In this document: positions 11,501-22,572 of the stretch, piece after piece
Numbering within the stretch: the first letter of the stretch is position 1
How the letters are laid out: every line of letters begins with the position of its first letter
NCBI GenBank assembly: GCA_013239625.1
Contig: MU054391.1
Span: 374,001-438,000 of the forward strand
Direction: 5' to 3'
DNA length: 64,000 nt
Origin: Lama guanicoe
Taxonomy: Eukaryota
Program-made: the position numbers and the translations under genes
Notes under the pieces: generated by a model
Seen by the model: only the letters and a program-made list of their open reading frames with translations
What the model was told of the DNA's origin: nothing
Database searches by the model: none

Positions 11501-13679
11501 CTGCAAGATTAAAAACCCAGGCGTGTATGAAGTGACTAGCACAGTCGACGTTAGTTCAATAATCACTTATTGAGTCTTTATTGAGCTGGATGCTGATTTA
11601 TACGAGGCGTTTATTTCAAAAGGCTTCATGAGAAGTAACGATCTGGCTGCGTAAGGTCAACGCTTCCATTAAAAAATCACTCTCATAAACAAGCTGATTC
11701 GCTTAAATTCACTTCATAACTTCACATTCTGCAAAACACATCTCCGTGTTCTTCTGACAGACCGACAGCCGACCCAGGCGTGTAGCTCCGGAGTTTGACT
11801 TGCATTATTAGAAGCCCAGGTCTCCGGGTGAAATTTCAGTCCAAAGAAAGGGTCATCTTCCTGGAGGTTTGGTAATTAGCCTCAGGGCTGTCAGCCCAGC
11901 TGCTCTACAGAAGTCGTGCTGAAGACTTTGGTCACAGGAGTCATGTGGTGTGAAGATGATCTCACTCTGTTCCCTGAAGGTCTTCACCTGGAGGAAGGGG
12001 CCCTGGAGACGGAGCTTGCAGGGGCAAGAGCGTCCTCACACCGAGTGTGGCCCGGGCAGCTGCTGGGCCTCCTCTGCCCACGAGCAGTCGGGAAAACAGT
12101 AACTCCCACCTCCTCCCTTTGCAGTCAGACCTGCCCTCTCACGCACGCTGGCAGGGACACTGACTTTTGCCAAGAAGCTCACAATTTGTCAAGACTCAAT
12201 GTCCCATGTTTAATGGTTTCCCACGTACGCGTTTATGAGATGTTGCCGATATCCCTAATTCTTGTCCATCGAGGTCGCTACGCTTGGAAGGGCCCCACTC
12301 TTGTGTTAGTTGTTGAACTTGGTTTTGGTGCTGTCTCTGTCTTCCACGTTTAAATTATTTTTGGACAAGAGGCCCTGCATTTTATTTTGCACTGAGTCCC
12401 TCAAATTGCCCAGCTGGTCGGGGGTGGGTATTATACGCACTGGACAAGGTCCCTGTGTACCTGCCCATTGGTTCGCTCCCCACATCGCAAGACAGTCGCA
12501 GGGCACAGGGCCTGCTCCTCGTGGAGTCCAGTCAGGTGAGCGGGGTGACAGGTGCAGAGATGCCCCCTGGACTCCGCCATCCAGGGCTGTCCACCCTCTT
12601 CCCCATCTCTCTCTCTTTGCCCCGACCTGTCTTCCCACTGCAGCTGGGCTGTCAGAGCTCAGAGCACCTGGCCGGTGGCCAGGATGACCTGGGAACCTTA
12701 AAAGGAGGGGACCTTAACCCAGGCCTCATAGTTGCTGGGTGGCTGAGACACCACGCTGTAAGGAAGGTTCCTGAGAGCAGGGCCCAGCCTGGCGGGGGGC
12801 ACACATGCCACGTGCCTCCCATACTTCAGATGCACTGCAGGCGGCTCCCGGGGCTGGAAAGCCACACATTGGCATCTCCACCTGAGGACAGAGAGGAGCT
12901 GCAGCCTGTGACTTGATGTGGGTGACCTGCCTTCACTTTCTTCTGTGGCAGGAAGACAGGAACATGATCAAAATCCTCCTGGGTCAGCAGAGCCGCCTTG
13001 GGTGTGGGGTGTGACCGGCGTGGGGTCGGGGACGGTCCATTCCCTCCCTGAGTGGGTCTCCTGCCACAGTTGGGTCTGCGCCGCTGACATTCGGGTCCCC
13101 GTGTGTGTGTGTGTGACGGTGTCAGGCCTGGAGACTCGGAAATTAACACACTGGCCTCCGGAGTTGCAAGTGAGAAGCTTCAAACAGGAGCATCCTGGCC
13201 AGGCGGCTGTTGACACTTAGTCACGACGGTCGATGCTGGTGAGACAGGCGCCCATGTGGGACTCGGCATGTCAAGGAGTCTTACTCAGAGTCCCCACTGC
13301 CCCTGCTCACAGGGAACATCCTGGAGCCTCCACCGAGGCCGACTCCATTTCTAAGTTGAATTAGAAGATTCATTCAGGTCAGTTCAAAGGAAGACTAAGG
13401 AGAGAACCAGCAACACTGAGGGCCATGCTGGCCGGCGTCCTTACAAGGAGGTGCAGTCCAGGCTGAGAGCGTGCCAGACACGGGCGGGGGGNNNNNNNNN
13501 NNNNNNNNNNNNNNNNNNNNNNNNNNNNNNNNNNNNNNNNNNNNNNNNNNNNNNNNNNNNNNNNNNNNNNNNNNNNNNGGGATGGGGTGGGGGCAGAGGG
13601 GGGACAGAGAGCCCTGGGATAATTAAGCTCTGGGATAATTTTTAACAACTGATTTATTTTTGTTTATACAAAAGCACAA

Positions 13680-14100
13680 AAATCTGGTAAATAATGATAG
13701 TAAGCAAGCATTTTGACACAAGATTTCCCAAAAAATCTTGGAAAATTTAACTACAAATTTTTGAAATAAATCTTGACAATAAAAGACTAGGAACAAAGTC
13801 AGAAGAACTGAAAAACTGGCAAAAAATTTGCAATAGATGCTGTGGAAAATGGCTAGTAATTCCAAATTATGAAGAACCCTTGAAGTTGAGACCAAAACCC
13901 AAGAAGAACGCAATTAAAAGACGTAAAAACATTCACAAAAAACATAGAATTGTCCTTAAACATACTAAAAATGCTAAAACATGAATAATTAGAAAATGCA
14001 AATTAAAACGATACTGAGATACAGTTTCTCAAGTGTCATTGGCAGACATTTAAAAGTATAATAAACGCCCCAGCGGTGCTGGAGGAGGCGCTCGCACCGC
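13680..14100 (+). mobile_element. Old LINE-1 ORF2 3' fragment
   Basis: ttagaaaatgcaaattaaaacgatactgagataca (13989-14023) is a typical L1 motif in an A-rich context. Confidence 0.65.
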
Positions 14101-15499
14101 AGATGAACCTCGCGAATATTCATTCTCCATTCATCCACACGTTTGCCTAAGTGCCTGCTGGTCTGTGTTCGCCTCTGACTCGCCCGGTGCGGCGGTGAAG
14201 GTGAATCAGGCCCAACACCCGCCACCGGGAGCACGCGCACACGGTCACAGCGCAGCGCAGGCGGTCCTGGGGCACTCCAGGCTCACAGGGGACGCTTGTC
14301 CCTGTCTGGGGAGAGGGAGCCTCCTGAAAGCACACCCTGTCAGCCTGGACAGGCTTTTCCTCATTGCTTTGCTGATAAAATATTACAAAGGAAAAGAGAC
14401 CCTGAAGCCTGTAGACAGGCACACGGGTCTGCATCTGCCGCCCGCCCGCCCGCACGCCCGCCCCTCTCTCCCGTGGCCGCTCCTCTGCAGCCGGAGCCTC
14501 CTCTCAGGAACGGCTTCTGCACGAGACGCAGCTCCTGCAGGTGCACAGGGTGGGCAGCCAGCCCCGCGCCCTTCCCCTCCGTGAACACACTTCGCTTGTC
14601 ACAGACGCCAAGAGGGGCAGGGTGGCTTGAGGGACACGAATCGCTGTTTTTGTCTAAACAGAAAGCTTCTTTTCTAAAATCACTGTTATATAAAAAAACA
14701 AAAACCCAGGCTAACCAAAACCAAAACCTAGCAAGTACATCCCACACAAACAGGCCGCTCTGAGTGACCAACATGAGAATGAACCCCAGTCAACAGTTGC
14801 AACCTGTGAAATCACGACGGCTGCGTGTCGCTGGCTGAAATTCCTTGTTAGCGGTCAGCATCGCAGACAAGTTCTTAGGCTCGTTTTTATCAAAAATTGA
14901 AATCTGAGTAAGAAAGTTGACACAGGCCTGTCGGTTGCTTGTAAGGATCCAATTTCGATGAGAAAAACTCAGAGGAAAAATAAAGGTTAATGCAATTCCG
15001 TGAATTTTTAGTGCAGAAAATTGATGTAAACGGTGAGAATTTGGACTTAAAAACGCGGAGCACGCTCTCATGACAAGACACAGTCAGGACCTCTGACGAT
15101 ACTTCATGCAGCTTCTACTCTGTGCGAAGCAAGCCGCGCCCAAGTGCTCCAGGCTGCCCCGCGGAGCCTGCTCTTCTGTATCTGGGAGCAAGTCTGACAG
15201 AATAAAAAGAAACCTTAGTCTATGCAGGTTTTTGATGGTAAAATATTTATGGAGTTTCCATTATAAAGAGATTGATCCCAGTATTTACCAAATACATAAC
15301 TAGCCTTAATGTATTTGGTTTCTAAGATCCCAGTGTACTTTCAGAGCATTTAGCAGAGTATATCTCATTAATAATTCTGGAAGAATTATTTTTACTTTAG
15401 AAGTGTTAATTATTAACTAAATATTGTAGTTTTATTACGAATTCATTTGCTATGTTGTTTTATATAATGACCCTAAATTGTTTGAGAAGAAAAATGTCT

Positions 15500-15925
15500 T
15501 TAACATCAAAAGTAACAAAACAAAACAAATTCAGCCACTTTAAGCCAGATGAATTAAACCTCAGCAAGATTATTTTTAAAAAGATAATAGAAAAAACACA
15601 AATTAATAATAAAAACAATGAGAGTGGTGACATCACTACAGATTCTACAGACATTAAAAAGATAAAAGGGAGATCTTATGGAAAATTCTCTGGCAATAAA
15701 TTTAAAAATGTAGATGAAATGGGTAAATCCATTAAAAAGCAGAACTTAATAGAAATTGGAACAAAAAGGAACCAAAATTTTGTATAGTACAATATCTGCT
15801 AAACAAATTTAATGTAATTGCAATACACAGATAGACAAAAAGTCTCCTAGCTCAGGTGGCTTTCTTGATAAGTAATTCCAAGTTTAAAGAAGAAATATTT
15901 GCTAATATTGTACAAACTATCCCAG
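15500..15925 (+). mobile_element. LINE-1 ORF2 fragment (region between endonuclease and RT domains)
   Basis: ORF 15452-15787 contains KTQINNKNNESGDITTDSTDIKKI..NKFKNVDEMGK, matching ORF2p QINKIRNEKGDITTD.TEI..NKLENLEEMDK. Confidence 0.88.
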
Positions 15926-16399
15926 AGGATTGGACTTCATCTGTGAATTTAGCATTGCTACTGAACCCTAGGCCACCTATTTCTAGACCGGCAACCAAAT
16001 GAGAACAGTCGTGCAGCCTCTGCAGCCCAGACGCAGCTCTGCTCTCGCCCGGGCGGCGCAGACGTCCAGCGACACCGTCCCATCTTTCACAGTTCTGTCT
16101 TACGTGCTGATTTATAAGACAAGGCACTTTCATTTAATCATAATTGCTTTACGGATTAAGTACACAATGATTATATGAACACTTAATACAGTTTTACAGT
16201 GTTTACTGACAGTATCTTGAAAATTAGCTGCTCTGTACCACTGGGCCAGTGCTAATCATTTATAGTCGCAAACCCAGCCACGCTCATCAGCACCCACGGC
16301 TGGAGGGAGTGAGCGTGCTGGTTTCCCATTGCTCTTGCAGCCTCATGAGACTCTCTGTGGTGGATGAAAGTTTAGCTGTTTGAGTTTCATCTAAGGGGT

Positions 16400-17110
16400 C
16401 TTCCTCCCGCCCGATGGTGGAGACACTCGTGACTTCAACAGGACCGGATCCGGGTCAGACCGTGGGGCATCTCTGTCCTCACCACCGCGCGGGGTTACGG
16501 CCGCCTGGCCCACGTTCGACACCACTCTGTCCCTCCCTGGGGCCCGGGCTGTGTCACCACGCACACCTCCCTGGTCTCCCACCGCCTGCGGTGACGCGGT
16601 GACAGAGACTCAAAGCCACGGGCAGGCCCGCTGTCCAAGTCCCTAGTAATGGCTGTCCCCCTTGCCCTGCTCCCCAGGCGGGCGTCCCCTGGCCAGCCCC
16701 TGTGCTCGGGGTCCGCCAGCCACACAGCCCGACCCCCAGCCCCTCCCTGAGCCGCTGCGGGAGCTGGTCCCGCCGTGGGGCCCGGGCCGCGCGATGACTC
16801 GGGAATCGCATTGCGCATCCAGCCCACGGGGTCCCCAGACCGTCCCAAGTCAGCACTGCAGACCGAGGTCTGAGAGCAAGGACCCAGCTGCACCCACGTC
16901 CGCACTTCCTTAAGAAAAGTGAGGGGTTATGTGATAGACCCACATTATGGGCTCAATAAATCTTCCTCTTTGAGGTCCAACTGAGACTCTGAGACAGAAT
17001 CCCAGGCCTTCTTCACGGTGTCCAGCCCCCGGGGCCACGGAGGGTGCGGGGCCTGAGAGGACACGGCTCTGGCTGCCTGACCCCGGCCCGGGCCTCCCAG
17101 CAGAACCGGG
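16400..17110. promoter_or_regulatory. CpG/GC-rich segment (weak CpG-island-like)
   Basis: Visibly elevated CpG density; function not shown. Confidence 0.35.
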
Positions 17111-17577
17111 CTTTTCCACAGAAAGATAAGCCGAGGGTTACCTGGGTGGGGTGTCGATGACCCCGCAGCTCCGTCCACTCTCACTGCGGCTGCTTCCTCA
17201 GGGTGGCGCACATTTCCGTTGGAGAAGAGAGAAGTGTTGTTGCATAATTTCCATTTTGTCTGAGTGGCCACGCTTCTTTCATTCCTCTGTACTTTCTTCT
17301 TCTTTATTGTTTCCATTTTACTTTGAGAGATGAAATGCATTTATGCTCTGTCAAGAGAGCCCCAAGGATTTCAGAAATCTTTCTGTGTGAAGGAGAAGGG
17401 CACTAGGAAATAAATGAATAAAAACTTGGGAGACTCTAAAATTCTGCTTGTGTGATGGGAGCTGCTAAGGGTGACCGTGCGTGGAGCCTGCCTCCCCTGT
17501 CTGAGTCCTGCCATCACGCGGATCATCCAGCAAACCAGACTCACGAGGAAGGCTGTTCGCCTTCGGCTGAAAGTCTA

Positions 17578-17703
17578 GGAGGGAGGCTGTCGCTCAGGGA
17601 TGGAGTGTGTGCTCAGCTGCACGAGGTCCTGGATTCAGTCCCCAGCGCCTCCATTGAAAGAGTAAATCTAATTACTGCCCAACAAAATAGAAGAAGAAAG
17701 AAA
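17578..17703 (+). mobile_element. tRNA-derived SINE (same family as 5993-6117)
   Basis: gctcag..gcacgaggtcctggattcagtccccagcgcctccatt..taaatctaattac, followed by an A-rich tail. Confidence 0.85.
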
Positions 17704-20029
17704 GACACTCTGCCAGCACTCATGCCTTTCAGTGACACCCAGGGATTATGTAATCAAGCCAGTGCACTTCTCACCGCTGGCCCATCGCTGATCGTTAGAT
17801 CCATTTACACCTGTGTCGCCCGCCCGCAGATCCAGATCCAGGACGGCCGTGTGTGCGGTTCAGCAAGGAGGCGTCCTTGGATCATCCTTGAAATGCCGTC
17901 AGACGGTGAAGCCCTTGGAGGGGGGCCTGGAAAGTGGGCTGATTCACACCTGCTCTGTTTTTCTGGGGTCGGATTCCATGTTGGAAATCGACCTGTGGGG
18001 CCAGCTTCCTTCACAGACATGAGCTCTCCGCTGCGGTTGAACCCCCTGCTGGCCATCGGACCCCCACCTGAAGGAGGAACGGCCAGTGGCCAAGGACATC
18101 CCAATGGCAGATGCCAAACCGCAGACACAGGGGCCTGAACCCCATGGTGCTTCAGTCTGGGCACCACGAAAGCCATCAAGGCTGGTTCTCCCCTTGCGAG
18201 GAAAGGGAAAGGTGTGAGTTTTGAAGCAGGAAAATTGAAGCAGAAATTGAAAACTGAGGAAAGGGCAATGAGATTATTCAGGAAATTACTAGGCGTTTGG
18301 GAGCTCAGTGCAGTGGAACCGGTGGGGCTTCCTCCCACACACAGCCCTTGTGCCCCTGACGGAGATCACTCGGGAGTCTGCGGTGGGGCTGCATCGAGGG
18401 CCCCCTCTGCTCTCAGCAAAGCCTCCCTTTATCTCCAGAGCAAAGGACATCACTGCACACACGTCCTGAAACCAAGGTCACTTGCAGAGGACTTGAAGAC
18501 TGAAACGCATCAAGTCCTTTAAATGGGAAACTTGCCCTTTATATGGTAATCGGTTCTGTTCAGAGAACAGCTCCACTGTCTGCAGGGCAAGAAAAACGTG
18601 AGAAGACACGTGAGAAACTTCACAGCTTGAGATGAGGCCCTCCTCTTGCCAGGAGCTCAGAAACGCTGCCTCTGGGCACTTGCTCACTCCCGCAGGCCAG
18701 AAGCTTCCCACAGAATACAGTGAAGCTGGCTTCCGTCTCCTCAGTGATCACACCTGACAGAGGACCTTTTCAGAGGTGAGTGGAAATGGTAACATTAAGG
18801 CGACAAGAGCAGGTCTGAAGTCTCTGCTCACAATGTCGCCTTCCTTTCTTGGGGATTAATCTGTGAAGAGCGTTGGCCTCTCATTTACAGCCTGGAAGTG
18901 GAGACGATTGTTTGCAGGAAATCAGCTCTCAGTGTCTTTACTGATTATGGATTGAAATGTTATTTTAATGTTTGTGTTTCAACTTATTACAAGAAGATCT
19001 ACTTTATGAGAAGGCTTCTGTGGATGAACTTGAATGTCCAACAGATACTTAGAGAGGAAAGCAACCGTGAGCCCTCCCTGTCCTGCAGGAAACCGCAGGG
19101 AAATACTGCTCTGATTTTAACAGCCATCTTCACCCCGTGTTTTTTAGAACTGGTTTTCTGTTTTGACAACGTGGTTCTTACGTTCTAATCAGCTGAGTAA
19201 CACACGCATGTGGATCTTTCACGGAAAAATACGTCGCAACACAAGCACGTTCACACCCGTAGCTCTGGGCACCTTTCAGCACCTGGTCCTCCCAGGGGAC
19301 CCGCGCCCCCACACAGAGGCCGGGCCAGCCCCCGCCTCACCCTGCACCTGCCGAGAGGCGCTCCCGCTGCAGACCCGCTTCCCCGGGGTTGTCTGGGTCC
19401 CCGGCCGCCTTCTCCCTCCGCAGTCAGAGATGAGAGCGACTTCTCTCCCTCCTTCCTGACTCCCTGGAATCACGTGCCGTTCAGTGTCCTTGGAGTAGAG
19501 CGCCTCCCTCATCCTCAGCCCGCAGCTCGTGAAGATCACCTGTCCCTGCGAGACCCATTCCCAGGGTGCTGACCACCGCCCTCGTCAGTGTGAGTCAGGC
19601 TCAGGAACCCATCCTAAGAATCATCTCATCGTGACCAATTTTCAGGGAGTGACATCTTGTTTTTTCACTAACTCTGAGATGTTTACTGTAAAGGTAGTAA
19701 TTAATTTTAGCCAACTTTTTTACTGTCATAATATTAAATAAAAATAACGACACAATCAAGTTAACGGCAACAGAAAGCCGGCTTAAAAAGATAATAATGG
19801 AATCGCAGAAATCATAGGTCGAAAAAATAAACAAAAGCAGAAGTGATGTGGAAGAAAGCAAAATCAACACTGAAGAAGCAAATGTTATTAGATCAGAGCA
19901 CCTCAAACTGTACTAATTTTGGTCATCATCATTATAACCATTTTTAAAGAGAAGTTTTAAACCAGAAAGAAGTTTGCAACAAACACCACACGAGTAGCTA
20001 TTCACAACATGATCTGATGTGGAGTCTGA

Positions 20030-20540
20030 CCTGTTAACGTACCCAAGAGCACTGAGGTCAAGACCCAGAAGCGCCAACCACCCTCTGTGTTCACTGCGGC
20101 CAAGACGTGGAGACACCGCCAGCGCCCACTGATGGACGGGTGCTGGATCCGGATGGTGTGTGGGCACCTGTGCTGCGATACAGCCTCCCCTCAAGATGAA
20201 GGCAGCCCTGCCTGGTGGGACACCCTGGGGGAGCCCGGGGACACCATGCCCAGGAAAGTAGGTCATCGTGCAAGGATGGATGCTGCACGATTCCACTTAT
20301 ATGAGGTGCTGCAAAGGCCACACTCACAGAAACAGAGAGAGGAACGGTGGGTGCCAGGGCTCAGGGGTGGGTGATGGTGGTCGCTGCTCAACGCGCCTGA
20401 GGTTCCAGTCCTGCAAGGTGACTGGTCGTGGGGATCTTCCGTGTAGCACAGAGCGCAGTCCAGGTGGCAGCACTGAACCTGCAGTGTACAATTTGTTAAG
20501 AGGGTAATTTCATGTTAGGTTTCCTTATTACAACAAAAAC
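20030..20540 (+). mobile_element. LINE-1 3' end (L1MA/L1MB-like), strongly GC-shifted
   Basis: gattccacttatatgagg, and terminal aatttgttaagagggta..tcatgtta..acaacaaaaa. Confidence 0.8.
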
Positions 20541-20739
20541 TGTTACCTGGAGGTCCTTTGTGTTATTTTCCATAATCTCCTATATGTGTGAATAGCTAAC
20601 AACTAGATTTTTTTAATTAAGAAGAAAATACAATATGGTTTCCGGGTTCTCTGAACTTTACTAATTATGTACAAGACCAGTATTTTTAAAGCCATTGCAT
20701 TCATTTTCAACAGTCATAATGAAAATGTTTATGGGAAAA

Positions 20740-21235
20740 AAGATCCCACTTGTCCTGGAGTAAAAATCTGAGTTATCAAAAGGTGCTACTAATATAAGAT
20801 GTACAAAGTCTTCACAGAGGAAAACATTTAAAAACACGAATACATGGGGAACTGTGCCACAGGTGTGGATGAGAAGGGATGGCATAGCACACATACCAGG
20901 GCTCCCTGAATTAATCTACTGATGCAAAGCATTTTTCTTCGAAATTCCAAACAGATACTGGAAGAATATTCTAAGCTGAATTTAATATTTCTATGGAAGG
21001 AGAGTGAGTCAAGGACAGTCAGGACATTGTGAAAATCAAGAGTCAGGTGGAGATTCCAGCAAAGCAGCCAGAATTATAAACAGCACATCAATTTGCACAA
21101 TGTATCATGGATACAAAAGAAAGCAAGACCAGGCAATCTGGATAGAGATAAAAATTGAGATGTGTCTAGCAGGATGGAGTTGTCACTGCAGAACAGAGGG
21201 AACTATTTTCAAACTAACTTCATAAAAGAGAAGGT
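20740..21235 (+). mobile_element. Old LINE-1 ORF2 fragment
   Basis: ccctgaattaatctac..tgcaa and ttctaagctgaatttaatatttctatggaagg resemble L1 ORF2. Confidence 0.55.
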
Positions 21236-21289
21236 TTCACCAAAGGAAACAGAACTTGCAGAAGAAAATGCGCACGAGGTCTCTTCGCT

Positions 21290-21690
21290 CGTGCTCGTGA
21301 GCACAGACCTGCTGGCGAGCTGCCCCAGTCGGCCTCCCGCCCACACAAGCACCACAGGCGGAGCGTGTGAACCCACAGGGATTTAACCCGCCCGGCCCTG
21401 GGGGCTGGGGTCCAGGCCCGGGGATCCGCGGGGCTGGTCCCTCCTGCTTCTCTCCCTGCGGGTAGACGGCCGTCCACCCTGTGTCCTCACGTGGAGGCTG
21501 GTGTCCCTCTCAGTCATCTGTGTCCAGTCTCCTCTTCTCACAGGACCCCCGGCATACTGATTACATGACTAACAGCCTTATTAACGTAATTAACTCTTTA
21601 CAGACCCTGTCTCCAAACACAGTGACGTTCTGAGGTGCTGGGGTCAGGGCTTCAGCACGTGATTTTCAGGGGGACAAAATTCAGCAATGA
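21290..21690 (-). mobile_element. MaLR (MLT1-type) LTR remnant
   Basis: ccctgtctccaaacacagtgacgttctgaggtgctggggtcagggcttcagcacgtgattttcagggggacaaaattcag matches an MLT1 LTR end. Confidence 0.8.
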
Positions 21691-22157
21691 GAAAAAGTCA
21701 ACCAGTGGAAACATGGGAACACATACGAACAGGTAGTTTACAAAGACAGAACTCAACCATTCATCTTCGTAATTAACGTTGCCTGCACTCAGTTAAAAGA
21801 AAATGAACAATGTGATGTGACTCATGGTCACAGCGTCTGCAACGCTGAATCAAGCCAGCGTGTGCAGACATGGAAACTGCGCTACACTGAGGCAGGCACA
21901 TATGTTGATTGAGGTGATCTGGTGCCTTTGGCTGGAGGACACACTTGCAGGCGCCTGGAGCCTTGCCTGCAAGGTAAACCCCAAAGCGTCAGATACCCTC
22001 ATGCAGCACTGAGAGCTCAGATGCCAGTCACAACACCCCTGGGGGCAAGAAACACTAGCTCCATATAAACACTAATCAGTAAGCAATGGCTGGAGTCCCC
22101 TCCGATGGACAGCACTGCTGTGGTTCCCACTGCGTGTGCAGGTCCTGTGCCACGTGA

Positions 22158-22572
22158 GGGCTGGGGCTGGGGTTAGGGCTAGGATTGGGGCTAGGGTTGG
22201 GATTGGGGCTGGGGTTAGGGTTAGGGTTAAGGTTGGGATTGGGGCTGGGGTTGGGGCNNNNNNNNNNNNNNNNNNNNNNNNNNNNNNNNNNNNNNNNNNN
22301 NNNNNNNNNNNNNNNNNNNNNNNNNNNCTGGGGGCAAGAAACACTAGCTCCATATAAACACTAATCAGTAAGCAATGGCTGGAGTCCCCTCCGATGGACA
22401 GCACTGCTGTGGTTCCCACTGCGTGTGCAGGTCCTGTGCCACGTGAGGGCTGGGGCTGGGGTTAGGGCTAGGATTGGGGCTAGGGTTGGGATTGGGGCTG
22501 GGGTTAGGGTTAGGGTTAAGGTTGGGGTTGGGGCTGGGGTTGGGGCTGGGGTAGGGTTAGGGTAGGGTTAGT
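22158..22572 (+). repeat. Degenerate telomere-like hexamer array (TTAGGG/TTGGGG/CTGGGG variants), present twice around gap 22258-22327
   Basis: ggggttagggttagggttaaggttggg in two blocks, 22158-22257 and 22447-22572. Confidence 0.9.

Noticed and set aside
11600..12380. Protein-looking minus-strand fragments such as EDDPFFGLKFHPETW and FFNGSVDLTQPDRYF
   Set aside because: All frames contain multiple stops and I found no clear splice boundaries; cannot be told from chance without an alignment.
15452..15787. Host protein-coding ORF (also 62213-62602)
   Set aside because: LINE-1 ORF2 fragments, truncated and non-autonomous.
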